Of a DNA stretch of 64,000 nt, positions 27,480 to 35,544 are shown piece by piece. Made by a program: the position numbers and the translations under genes. The notes beneath the pieces are model-generated. The model did no database searches and was not told the DNA's origin. It saw only the letters and a program-made list of their open reading frames with translations. The DNA comes from Candidatus Azambacteria bacterium (lineage in GTDB: Bacteria; Patescibacteriota; Minisyncoccia; UBA10092), in the NCBI GenBank assembly GCA_003455995.1, contig DMPO01000001.1, positions 14,945 to 78,944 on the forward strand, given 5' to 3'. Position 1 is the first letter of the stretch, and every line of letters begins with the position of its first letter.

Positions 27480-28066
27480 TATATTTTCAATTTATCTACG
27501 AGTTTTTCGTGTTTGAAATCCAAAAGATCGCGAAGGAAGCGATCGTACATGCCGTAGCGATAGTAAAATTCTTTGGTTGTCATCAGCGCGTATTTTATTT
27601 CCTTGCCAACCTCCGCTTCCAAATCCTTGATAAAATTATTGAACTTGGCCGGTTTTACATTATCGCCGACAATCAGAAGGTCGGCGCGAGAAGTGTCGGA
27701 ATTTATGAACACCCCCGCCAGCAATGCCAGTTTGATTCTCCCCAAACTTTTAATGCGGTTCAGCATTTTATTTTTTGAAGCCGGACTGGTCTTTGCCAGT
27801 AATTCTTTGAGTTCTTCGTAAAATTCAAATCCCCTGTTGGCTCTAAAGGTTTTTTTGCCCTTTGAACCTTTTCGGATTAAAAATCCGATGTTCGCCAAAT
27901 CGTCGAGATTTCTATTAACTTGAACTAATTTGAAATCAATTTTTTTTGAAATGTCCTGCGGTCCAAAACTTTCGTCCGGATTGTACAAAAACAGTTTCAA
28001 AATCCGCACTCGCACGGGCGAATCGAATAGCGCATCTAAAGTTGATTCGGATAATATCTTGGCCAT
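27479..28066 (-). CDS. Hypothetical protein with probable winged-helix domain
   Basis: A 195-aa ORF. The N-terminal segment RVRILKLFLYNPDESFGPQDISKKI...VQVNRNLDDLANIGFL is wHTH-like. Its stop abuts the tRNA-Val 5' end. Confidence 0.45.
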   Translation of the reverse strand: MAKILSESTLDALFDSPVRVRILKLFLYNPDESFGPQDISKKIDFKLVQVNRNLDDLANIGFLIRKGSKGKKTFRANRGFEFYEELKELLAKTSPASKNKMLNRIKSLGRIKLALLAGVFINSDTSRADLLIVGDNVKPAKFNNFIKDLEAEVGKEIKYALMTTKEFYYRYGMYDRFLRDLLDFKHEKLVDKLKI

Positions 28067-28086
28067 CGGGCGTTTTGATTAGTTTT

Positions 28087-28467
28087 CTATTTCAATTCCA
28101 CCGCGGCGCCCGCTCCTTCCAATTTCTTCTTGAGTTCTTCGGCCTCGGCTTTGTTAACCCCGCTCTTGATAACTTGCGGAGCGGAATCAACAAGCTGTTT
28201 TGCCTCTTGAAGACCCTTATCGGTCGCTTCGCGAACTATCTTGATGACCGCGATCTTCTGGTCGCCGGCGCCGGCTAAAACGACATCAAAGGCCGATTTT
28301 TCTTCCACCGCCGCCACGAGCTCGCCCGCTCCGGCCGCCGGCATCGCCATCATCGGCGCCGATGCCGAAACCCCAAATTTTTCTTCCAGCGCCTTTACCA
28401 GTTCGGAAAGTTCCAGCGCCGTCAATTTTTCTATTTCTTCTATGATCTTGTTAAATTTATCACTCAT
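28087..28467 (-). CDS. rplL: 50S ribosomal protein L7/L12
   Basis: Ala-rich hinge and the conserved C-terminal domain ...[24 protein letters not shown]... Confidence 0.95.
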   Translation of the reverse strand: MSDKFNKIIEEIEKLTALELSELVKALEEKFGVSASAPMMAMPAAGAGELVAAVEEKSAFDVVLAGAGDQKIAVIKIVREATDKGLQEAKQLVDSAPQVIKSGVNKAEAEELKKKLEGAGAAVELK

Positions 28468-28494
28468 ATTTTTATTTTTTTATTTATTATTTTA

Positions 28495-29016
28495 TTATTT
28501 TTTCGACCTTATATTATTTAGTATGCCAACTAAATTGCGCATATTGCCCGATAACACGGTAACCAAACCGGAAAGCGGAGCGGCAATGGTTCCGACCACT
28601 TGCCCCAAAAGAATTTCGCGAGAAGGAAGTTTTGCCAAAGCGATAATTCCATCTTTGCCCTGCCAAGTTAATCCGAGAAAGCCGCCTAAAATTTTAAGCG
28701 CATCATTGATCTTGGAAAATTTCCAAATGGAATTCGCCACGGGCGCCGGATCGTCATAACCGAATACCACCCCGACCTGTGTCTTAAAATCATCAATTTT
28801 GGCGTCTTCAAACTTTCCGAATCTTAAAACGCGGTTAATCAGGGTTTTCTTGGCGACTTTATATTCGGCGTTCATCGCTTTCAGGGCTCGCCTTAATTCC
28901 ATCGCCTTGCTGACCGGCAATTTGTTGAAATCCACCAAAAACGCCGCTTTGGCCCGGCTGAATTTATCGGTTAAATCGTTTAAAATATTTGATTTTTGCT
29001 CTCGCGTTAATGGCAT
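28495..29016 (-). CDS. rplJ: 50S ribosomal protein L10
   Basis: L10 fold; positioned upstream of rplL. Confidence 0.88.
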   Translation of the reverse strand: MPLTREQKSNILNDLTDKFSRAKAAFLVDFNKLPVSKAMELRRALKAMNAEYKVAKKTLINRVLRFGKFEDAKIDDFKTQVGVVFGYDDPAPVANSIWKFSKINDALKILGGFLGLTWQGKDGIIALAKLPSREILLGQVVGTIAAPLSGLVTVLSGNMRNLVGILNNIRSKK

Positions 29017-29129
29017 ATATTTAAAATTTTCAATTATTAATTTTCAATTTTCAATAAATGTTTCAATTTTTGAACATTAATACATTAAAAAATTCATTAT
29101 AAATTAGAAATTTGAAATTTGAAATTAAA

Positions 29130-29262
29130 AATTGCGAACTAATGTTCGCAAACAACAGAGCTAAAAGCTTTTGTTCTCGGAGAGACTTACCGCGCCCTTC
29201 GTAGCTTTAGCGAAGAAGGGTATCTTGCTCTCTGTCTGCGAACATTCTCACTCTATCAAAAA
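29130..29262 (-). promoter_or_regulatory. Possible L10 (rplJ) leader structure
   Basis: The long 5' UTR upstream of rplJ has complementary segments (GCGAACTAATGTTCGC; CGAACATTCTCAC...). Its position matches the L10 autoregulatory leader, but the structure is not verified. Confidence 0.25.
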
Positions 29263-29295
29263 TAAAAAGGGGCGTCAAGCCCCTGTTTATTTTTG
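29258..29295. terminator. Bidirectional intrinsic terminator after trmD
   Basis: AAAAATAAAAA-GGGGC-GTCAA-GCCCC-TGTTTATTTTT, symmetric with A/T tracts on both sides. Confidence 0.65.
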
Positions 29296-29997
29296 ATGTT
29301 TTTTGCGCCACTCTTCTATTTTTTTGTGGTTGCCGGAAAGAAGAACTTTAGGAACTGGATATTTTTTATTTTTATATTTAATGACTTCCGGACGGGTATA
29401 TGTCGGAACGCCGACGCCGTATCTTTTTTCTTCAAGCGATTCGTCTTTGCCTAAAACGCCCGAAATGTGGCGCGACACCGCGTCAACGACGATCATTGCC
29501 GGTAACTCTCCTCCCGTTAAAACATAAGGACCGATAGATAATTCGCTAATTTTTAATTTCAAATTTCTAATTATTTTTTTAATTCGTTCGTCTATCCCTT
29601 CGTAGTGACCGGCAATCATTACAATATGTTTATATTTTTTTGCGAAGTCGCTCGCCATTTTAGAATTAAATTGTTTGCCCGAAGCGGAAAAAAGAATTAC
29701 AAGGGGGTTTTTCAACCCCTCTTTTTTTCTCCCCTTATCAGGGGAGAATTTATTGAGCGCTTTTGCAAGCGGTTCGATTTTGAACACCATCCCCGCTCCT
29801 CCGCCGTATGGTTTATCGTCAACCCGCCCGAATGACCATTCGGTCGGGCGGGCTTTCTTATGTTTGTCGTTAGTAAAATCGCGGAGATTGACTATATTTA
29901 TTTTTATTTTCCCGCTTTTCCGCGCGCGTTTAATAATACTCTCGTTTAGATAGGAATCGAAAATTTTCGGAAAAATTGTAATTATGTCGAATTGCAT
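29287..29997 (-). CDS. trmD: tRNA (guanine37-N1)-methyltransferase TrmD
   Basis: SPOUT fold; conserved ...GHYEGIDERI... and GGELPAM motifs. Contains a ~30-aa insertion (KFSPDKGRKKEGLKNP...) relative to typical TrmD. Confidence 0.9.
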   Translation of the reverse strand: MQFDIITIFPKIFDSYLNESIIKRARKSGKIKINIVNLRDFTNDKHKKARPTEWSFGRVDDKPYGGGAGMVFKIEPLAKALNKFSPDKGRKKEGLKNPLVILFSASGKQFNSKMASDFAKKYKHIVMIAGHYEGIDERIKKIIRNLKLKISELSIGPYVLTGGELPAMIVVDAVSRHISGVLGKDESLEEKRYGVGVPTYTRPEVIKYKNKKYPVPKVLLSGNHKKIEEWRKKHQK

Positions 29998-30008
29998 ATT
30001 GCTTAACC

Positions 30009-30038
30009 AAAACCCCTCCGCAACTGCGGAGGGGTTTT
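30009..30038. terminator. Perfect palindromic terminator AAAACCCCTCCGCA-ACT-GCGGAGGGGTTTT downstream of the KH gene
   Basis: A 12-bp GC-rich stem flanked by A4 and T4 runs. Confidence 0.65.
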
Positions 30039-30046
30039 GGAATAGA

Positions 30047-30367
30047 TTATAGTTGTCTTAAATCGTCAACAACTTGATCCATATCTCTTGTCGGTCTTTC
30101 TCTCACGGGACGAGTCGAACCCTCCGGCTCTTCTATCTTCAAATTGACGCGCGCGTTGTGACGGGCACCAATTATGCGAAGCAGAGTTCGAATGGCTTTC
30201 GCGGTGGATCCCTGTCGGCCGATAAGCATTCCCATATCTTCTTGGTTTACTTTAAGGTCTAAAAGGACTCCCATCTCGTCCACCTTGCGGTCAATTTTGA
30301 CATCATCCGGATGATCAACAATCGACTTCACAAGGTACTCAAGAAATTCCTGATCAACATTAGCCAT
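30047..30367 (-). CDS. KH-domain RNA-binding protein (KhpA-like, UPF0109)
   Basis: KH GxxG loop (IGRQGSTAKAIR); lies between rpsP and trmD as in conserved operons. ATG 30365-30367 is used. Confidence 0.75.
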   Translation of the reverse strand: MANVDQEFLEYLVKSIVDHPDDVKIDRKVDEMGVLLDLKVNQEDMGMLIGRQGSTAKAIRTLLRIIGARHNARVNLKIEEPEGSTRPVRERPTRDMDQVVDDLRQL

Positions 30368-30458
30368 TTCTTTGAACAATCTTTTTAAAGTTTTAGTAGG
30401 TCGACCTCCCCAAAGGGGTAGCTACTAATTGTCCGCAATATATCAAAAATTGATATGC

Positions 30459-30487
30459 TTGTCAAACGATTTTTTAATACTTACCAT
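30459..30487 (+). promoter_or_regulatory. Promoter-like TTGTCA-17-TACCAT immediately upstream of repeat copy 1
   Basis: -35 TTGTCA (30459-30464), 17-nt spacer, -10 TACCAT (30482-30487). Confidence 0.35.
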
Positions 30488-30536
30488 GGAGCCAAGAGCC
30501 GGCAAACCGGATGGACGAACCGAGAAACGGTGTTTA
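30484..30536 (+). repeat. 53-bp direct repeat, copy 1 (CCATGGAGCCAAGAGCCGGCAAACCGGATGGACGAACCGAGAAACGGTGTTTA)
   Basis: Matches 52 of 53 nt with 31513-31565. The flanks diverge completely on both sides. Confidence 0.85.
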
Positions 30537-30667
30537 TTGATTTTCCCAGCCCTGTGGACAACTGTTTGCAACTGTCAACGCATTGTGCTAATATAAGAAC
30601 GATCGAAAGATCGAGATTTCTAAAGCTTGGAGGCCTCGCAAGAGGTCTCCTTTGCGTTTTTATTTTG
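30494..30667 (+). ncRNA. Candidate sRNA (~170 nt) whose 5' module is repeat copy 1
   Basis: Predicted TSS is ~7 nt after the -10. Internal CGATC-GAAA-GATCG hairpin. Intrinsic terminator GGAGGCCTC-GCAA-GAGGTCTCC plus TTTGCGTTTTTATTTT (30629-30667), overlapping the 3' end of the convergent NYN gene. Confidence 0.4.
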
Positions 30668-31403
30668 TTATTTCTTTTTTCCAACAAATGAAATCCTTTA
30701 TTTTCTGTATATCAAATATGAATAACCCGCCCTCGACTAATTCGCTTAATTCACTGGAAACCCTTCTCGCAGTGGCAAATAATGTAACTCTTTTATCGTC
30801 TTTTAACAATTGTCTAACGGGATCGGCGAAATCACTATCCCCGCTCCATAAAATAAAATTATCAATATTATTTTTATCATAATCAATTAACATATCCCTT
30901 CCGATTTCAACATCAAAATTACATTTTAAATCTTCAACCGATTTGACGCCTTGATTGTTAAGTTGCTTTAACTGATTGTTTAAAAATTCTATCGTTTCAA
31001 TTGTTAATTTTTGTAATAAAGGTTTTCTAATAAATTCTTTTAAAATATTCGGCGAATTCGGGGGGACACTGGAAACATCTATAGAAAGCCGCATTATTTT
31101 TACAGGTTTTGTCTTAACATCGTATCCGAATCTGCCGATATCTTTTACAAACCGTTCTGATTCAGCGTCTCCTATTAAAGTGCCATTGTAAAATTTGACG
31201 GCGTTGATAGTGTCAAAAGAATCTAAAAATTGTTTTAATCTTTTGGGCTCAATATGCCAACCCAGTTTAACCGACCATGGCTTAACATTCGCATAGTCAA
31301 TATAAATATTTGTTTTTCCGCCAAAAATAATTTCTAATTCTTTAATCCTGTCGGGGTGCTGGTTGGATAATTCTTTTAATCTCGGAGTTTTAGGATTGAA
31401 CAT
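30660..31403 (-). CDS. NYN/LabA-like (DUF88, PIN-like) predicted RNase
   Basis: N-terminal NIYIDYANV and central ILWSGDSDFADPVRQLLKDDKRVTLFA match NYN-domain catalytic motifs. Flanked by the 53-bp direct repeats. Confidence 0.6.
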   Translation of the reverse strand: MFNPKTPRLKELSNQHPDRIKELEIIFGGKTNIYIDYANVKPWSVKLGWHIEPKRLKQFLDSFDTINAVKFYNGTLIGDAESERFVKDIGRFGYDVKTKPVKIMRLSIDVSSVPPNSPNILKEFIRKPLLQKLTIETIEFLNNQLKQLNNQGVKSVEDLKCNFDVEIGRDMLIDYDKNNIDNFILWSGDSDFADPVRQLLKDDKRVTLFATARRVSSELSELVEGGLFIFDIQKIKDFICWKKEITK

Positions 31404-31512
31404 TCATTTTTTAATTAGTTTTATTCGTGGATTATTATAAGATAATCTCAAATTTATGTAAATAAAAAAATCGCTTCACAATCGTGAAATGATTTTTTTT
31501 GCGCGATACTCG

Positions 31513-31565
31513 CCATGGAGCCAAGAGCCGGCAAACCGAATGGACGAACCGAGAAACGGTGTTTA
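31513..31565 (+). repeat. 53-bp direct repeat, copy 2
   Basis: CCATGGAGCCAAGAGCCGGCAAACCGAATGGACGAACCGAGAAACGGTGTTTA, one G/A difference from copy 1. Confidence 0.85.
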
Positions 31566-31929
31566 GAGGAGAGAGATTTATACCCTCTCCGAATAAACGG
31601 GTCGGGCATTTCTAACTCGCACTGTCACCCGATCCGATTCCGTTTACCGACTCGTTGGCTCGATAGCGATTATCTTTTCTGTTTCGTCCTCCGCAACTTG
31701 GAACCATTCCAAGCGCCGGACTTAACAAGAGGATTTATCCTCTTCTGAAACTTCCACTGAATAAGTGAAAATCTCGGAATAAGAGGGAGAGTTGCGTATC
31801 TCCCATGGCTTGCCGAAACCACTCGGCTGCCATACGGCGGGGAACCCTCCCCGCAAACTTCTTGATGGATCGAGTCTAGTCCCATTTTGGGAATCCCTCG
31901 TCAAGCCGTCCATCAACGGCAACGGCAAC
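31566..31929. other. GC-rich, ORF-poor structured non-coding region (strand and class unknown)
   Basis: About 360 nt with many local and long-range complementarities (GAGGAGAGAGATTTATACCCTCTCC; AAACGG...CCGTTT; GGGAATCCC; a GGCAAC x3 run). GC is well above the window average. Only short overlapping ORFs are present, none with a start context. Confidence 0.4.
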
Positions 31930-32235
31930 CTATGAGAGCGCTGCCCCTATAACTTCTATCGCGGCCTTGCGGCCTGCCTCCATCCCCCGGCCATGCGCAA
32001 ACCTGGCCGCATTCTGGCCCTGCCCGGACGGGTCTCTCTTAGACTCTCCGGACTCATCTGCCCACCTGGTATACTCTACATATGCCAGGTAGCACTCCTT
32101 TTTATAGGCCGCATTAGCGGCCTTTTCTGCCACTGCCTTTACAGCAGCGGCCTTTTCTGCCACTGCCTTTACAGCAGCGGCCTTTGCGGCTTCAGTGCCA
32201 AAAATTCGGCACAAAAAATTTACTAATTTTTTCAT
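31930..32235 (-). CDS. Small Ala/Lys-rich protein with internal 10-aa tandem repeat; GC-rich gene
   Basis: Strong SD (GAAGGAGGAAAAA-ATG) at ATG 32233-32235. An exact 30-nt tandem duplication at 32121-32180 encodes AAVKAVAEKA x2. Gene GC is ~55-60% versus ~38% for the window. Confidence 0.5.
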   Translation of the reverse strand: MKKLVNFLCRIFGTEAAKAAAVKAVAEKAAAVKAVAEKAANAAYKKECYLAYVEYTRWADESGESKRDPSGQGQNAARFAHGRGMEAGRKAAIEVIGAALS

Positions 32236-32454
32236 TTTTTCCTCCTTCGCCCCGCCTCCCTTTCGGTGAGGGCTTATGGGCACTCCATACTCTAACCGCT
32301 AGTAAGAAGGTTTCTGGAGACCAGACGGGTTTAGGTTTGCTCTCCAGCTTATCTCATTACTAAAAAAGGCGATTGAGAGCTCTTTACTTACTATACTTAA
32401 TATAGAGAAGAGAGTTTACAATCGCCTTTTTACAAGATTTACGGCTCTTATACG

Positions 32455-32482
32455 CCGCCTGTCCGCCTCTGGCGGAACCCTC
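32455..32482. repeat. GC-rich palindromic element (copy 3 of 3, partial), in the 5' region of the small protein gene
   Basis: CGCCTGTCCGCCTCTGGCGGAACC contains the exact 15-mer CCGCCTCTGGCGGAA. Confidence 0.5.
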
Positions 32483-32559
32483 TCCTCTAAAGAAAGTATT
32501 TAATATTAAAATGTTAATATTCAGCCAACTTTCACCTTACCTTTATAGTATAGCGTATC

Positions 32560-32605
32560 TAACAAACCCTGTCAAGTTTTTTGACGGGTTTTGGCGGGTT
32601 TTGGC
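32560..32605 (-). terminator. Hairpin plus T-tract downstream of rpsP
   Basis: On the minus strand AAAACCCGTCAA-AAAAAC-TTGACAGGG-TTTGTT. Confidence 0.45.
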
Positions 32606-32887
32606 TTAAATAAGCGGTTTTTTGGATGCTTTATGAACCGGTTTTTTGGCGCCGGAAATTATGCCCTGCGAAATAAGCAAATTATGAATTGAATCCGACG
32701 GTTGGGCGCCCTTGCCAATCCAATATAGGATCCTGTCTTTATTCAAACTGACTTTCTTTGTTTTGCGGTCAATGTTGCCGAGCAACTCCAAATACTTCCG
32801 GCGCGGGCCGGCGGTTTTTTGAGTCGCCACGACTCTGAAAGTCGCGGTATGTTTTTTTCCTACTTTCTGCAATTTAATGGTGAGCAT
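32606..32887 (-). CDS. rpsP: 30S ribosomal protein S16
   Basis: MLTIKLQKVGKKHTATFRVV... matches the S16 N-terminus. Confidence 0.9.
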   Translation of the reverse strand: MLTIKLQKVGKKHTATFRVVATQKTAGPRRKYLELLGNIDRKTKKVSLNKDRILYWIGKGAQPSDSIHNLLISQGIISGAKKPVHKASKKPLI

Positions 32888-32899
32888 ATTATTTAAAAC

Positions 32900-34534
32900 T
32901 TACATTTCCGGCATCCCCGACATTCCGCCGCCCATTGGCGGGTTATTTTTTTCCGGCAGATCGGCCACAAATGTTTCGCTGGTCAACAGCATCGAAGCCA
33001 CCGAGACGGCATTCTGCAGGGCGGTTCGGGTAACTTTCAACGGATCTATGATGCCGTCCTTAATCATATCGGCGTATTCTCCCGTGACGGCATTAAAACC
33101 GATTCCTTTTTCTTTGCTCCCCACAACTTGAATCACCTCATTGTCGTCTTTGTTGGAATTTTTGGCAATGGCGCGCATCGGCGCTTCCAGCGCGTTGACA
33201 ACTAAATTGACGCCCTTGGCTTCGTCGCCGAATTCGGTTTCGCCGACCAATTTGGCATTCTTGATTTCCTTAGCCGCTTCAAACAGCGCCACTCCGCCTC
33301 CGGAAACAATCCCCTCCTCAATGGCCGCTTTGGTCGCCGAGACGGCGTCCTCAATCCTGAATTTCTTTTCCTTCATTTCAATTTCGGTGGCCGCGCCGAC
33401 TTTAATGACGGCCACGCCGCCGGCCAGTTTCGCCAGCCGTTCCTGCAGTTTTTCTTTGTCAAAACCGGATTCGGTCTTTTCCATCTGCGACTTGATTTGC
33501 TTGATTCTTTTCTCTATTTCCGCCTTTGAACCGGAACCGCCGACAATGGTGGTATTGTCTTTGGTGGCGACCACTCTTTTGGCGCTGCCCAAGATATCCA
33601 AATCGGCGCTTTCCAATTTCATTCCCTTATCTTCGGAAATAACTTCGCCGCCGACAATGGCCGCGATATCTTCCAACATCTCTTTCCGCCGATCGCCAAA
33701 CCCCGGGGCTTTAATCGCCAGAACATGAAAAACGCCTCTCAATTTATTGACCACCAGAGTCGCCAGCGCTTCGCCTTCAATATCATCGGCGATAATGACC
33801 AGATTTTTATTTCCCGATTTCACCACTTTTTCGAGCAATGGCATTATTTCGGCCAGCGAGGAGATTTTCTTGTCGGTTATTAAAATAGAGGGTTTTTCCA
33901 AAACCGATTCCATCCGCTCGGTGTCGGTTACCATATAAGCGCTGACATAGCCGCGATCAAACTGGAGCCCTTCAACCAATTCATAATCCACGCCCAGAGT
34001 TTGCGCCTCTTCAACGGTTACCACGCCTTCTTTGCCGACTTTATTGATCACCTCGGCAATCAGCGAGCCCATTTCTTCGTCGTTGGCGGAAATGACGGCA
34101 ACATCTTTTATCTTTTCTTTGGTTACCGGTTTGGCATTCTTCTTTAATATATCAGAGACCTTGGACATCGCTTTGTCCATCCCCTTTTTCAAAACCATCG
34201 AGTTGGCGCCTGAATTGATTAAATTGATGCCTTCGGCGATCATCGCCTGCGCCAAAACCACCGCCGTGGTGGTGCCATCGCCGGCGACATCGTTGGTTTT
34301 TGAGGCCGCCTCTTTCACCAGCGAAGCGCCGATATTTTCAAACTTGTCTTTCAATTCAATGTCTTTGGCGATGGTGACACCGTCGTTGGTGATGGTCGGC
34401 GCGCCGTAGCCCTTGTCCAAAACGACATTGCGGCCGCGAGGACCGAGAGTAATTTTTACGGCATTGGCCAATTGGTCAACGCCCCTCTTGATAGCTTCTC
34501 TGGCGGCAACGCCGCTGATTATTTGTTTTGCCAT
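32900..34534 (-). CDS. groL: Chaperonin GroEL
   Basis: AAKQI... N-terminus, ATP-binding GDGTTTA and a C-terminal GGM-like tail ([10 protein letters not shown]). Confidence 0.97.
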   Translation of the reverse strand: MAKQIISGVAAREAIKRGVDQLANAVKITLGPRGRNVVLDKGYGAPTITNDGVTIAKDIELKDKFENIGASLVKEAASKTNDVAGDGTTTAVVLAQAMIAEGINLINSGANSMVLKKGMDKAMSKVSDILKKNAKPVTKEKIKDVAVISANDEEMGSLIAEVINKVGKEGVVTVEEAQTLGVDYELVEGLQFDRGYVSAYMVTDTERMESVLEKPSILITDKKISSLAEIMPLLEKVVKSGNKNLVIIADDIEGEALATLVVNKLRGVFHVLAIKAPGFGDRRKEMLEDIAAIVGGEVISEDKGMKLESADLDILGSAKRVVATKDNTTIVGGSGSKAEIEKRIKQIKSQMEKTESGFDKEKLQERLAKLAGGVAVIKVGAATEIEMKEKKFRIEDAVSATKAAIEEGIVSGGGVALFEAAKEIKNAKLVGETEFGDEAKGVNLVVNALEAPMRAIAKNSNKDDNEVIQVVGSKEKGIGFNAVTGEYADMIKDGIIDPLKVTRTALQNAVSVASMLLTSETFVADLPEKNNPPMGGGMSGMPEM

Positions 34535-34538
34535 AAAT

Positions 34539-34856
34539 TTATTCTAAAATCGCCAAAATTTCGTCCTCTTTCAATATCTTATATTCCACGCCGTCCATTT
34601 TAAATTCCGTGCCGGCGTATTTTTCAAATACAATCGTATCGCCTTTTTTGACGCCGGATTTTTTTATCTTGTCGCCCGCGCCCATAGCCACCACTTTGCC
34701 CTGCGCCGGTTTTTCTTTGTCGGCCGTTTCCGGCAGAATAATTCCCGATTTGGTTTTTTCCGATTCTTTTGCCGGCGCGACCACCACCCTGTCGCCCAAG
34801 GGTTTGATTGCCAACCCGAAATTTTGTTTTATTTGTTTGATTTTCTTCTTTGCCAT
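34539..34856 (-). CDS. groS: Co-chaperonin GroES
   Basis: [10 protein letters not shown]...GIILP... mobile-loop pattern; 105 aa. Confidence 0.95.
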   Translation of the reverse strand: MAKKKIKQIKQNFGLAIKPLGDRVVVAPAKESEKTKSGIILPETADKEKPAQGKVVAMGAGDKIKKSGVKKGDTIVFEKYAGTEFKMDGVEYKILKEDEILAILE

Positions 34857-34865
34857 ATGCGTTAT

Positions 34866-34893
34866 ATTGTATCCAAATCCCCTGTCTTGTCAA
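34866..34893 (-). promoter_or_regulatory. Sigma70-like promoter TTGACA-16-TACAAT for groES, giving a near-leaderless transcript
   Basis: On the minus strand TTGACA (34888-34893) and TACAAT (34866-34871). The -10 ends only ~9 nt upstream of the groES ATG (34856), so the leader would be 2-3 nt. Confidence 0.4.
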
Positions 34894-34921
34894 GATTTTT
34901 GCAACGGCATATACTTCAATT

Positions 34922-35278
34922 ATGATTTTCAGATTCTTGCTTCGCGTCATTGCCAACGCGCTGGCGGTTTTGGTGGCGGCGCGGTTTGCGCCGGGAGTCA
35001 CTTATAATTTTGAGCCATTCACTCTGGCAAAAATAGCGTTAATTCTCGCACTGGCCAACGCTCTTTTGAAACCGCTATTGAAATTAATCATGGGTCCTAT
35101 TATACTGATGACGCTCGGACTTTTCACGATTGCCATAAATATCTTTCTTATTTGGCTGACAGCCTATCTCGTCCCCGCGCTTCATATCAATGATTTCAGC
35201 GCTTATTTTTTCACCATGATAATAGTCGGTTTATTTAATTTCGCAATCTCGACCATAGCAAAAAAAGACGACGACTAA
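34922..35278 (+). CDS. DUF360 / phage-holin-4-like small membrane protein
   Basis: Four TM segments; the LKPLLKLIMGPIILMTLGLF...INIFLIWL pattern is typical of this family. ATG 34922 is preferred. Confidence 0.45.
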   Translation: MIFRFLLRVIANALAVLVAARFAPGVTYNFEPFTLAKIALILALANALLKPLLKLIMGPIILMTLGLFTIAINIFLIWLTAYLVPALHINDFSAYFFTMIIVGLFNFAISTIAKKDDD

Positions 35279-35285
35279 ATCAAAT

Positions 35286-35501
35286 ATGTCGCAATTTTTA
35301 CCAATAATTCAAATAGTAATCGCAACGCTCTTGATCGGAGCAATTCTTTTACAGTCGCGCGGCACCGGCTTGTCTTCCGTTTTCGGCGGCGAGTCGTCTT
35401 TTTACCATACGCGCCGAGGCATTGAAAGAATTATTTTTTGGGCGACAATCGTCCTGGCGACATTGTTTGTCATCACTAGCATCATATCGTTTTTGATCTA
35501 A
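35286..35501 (+). CDS. secG: Preprotein translocase subunit SecG
   Basis: LLIGAILLQSRGTGLSSVFGG motif; two TM helices; 71 aa. Confidence 0.85.
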   Translation: MSQFLPIIQIVIATLLIGAILLQSRGTGLSSVFGGESSFYHTRRGIERIIFWATIVLATLFVITSIISFLI

Positions 35502-35544
35502 TACCAACATTCGTAAATTCATAAAAGTTAAAAACTGGATAAGA

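Noticed and set aside
30455-31748. Plus-strand ORFs 30455..30691 and 31515..31748 (and minus 30481..30687) covering the 53-bp repeats
   Set aside because: The two ORFs share the repeat at nucleotide level and diverge immediately afterwards, so the shared part is unlikely to be coding. Promoter and terminator signals fit a non-coding RNA better, and there is no SD.
31566-32300. Possibility that the GC-rich block is a single tmRNA or RNase P gene and the small ORF is spurious
   Set aside because: No tmRNA or RNase P signatures are present. The ORF has a perfect GGAGG SD at correct spacing and a clean in-frame tandem duplication, which favours a real CDS.
33141-34409. Plus-strand ORFs inside groEL (33141..33728, 33747..33938, 34032..34409) and similar antisense ORFs inside dnaK, hsdR, hsdM and ftsI
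   Set aside because: They are antisense artefacts with low-complexity Ala/Ser-rich translations inside strongly supported genes.
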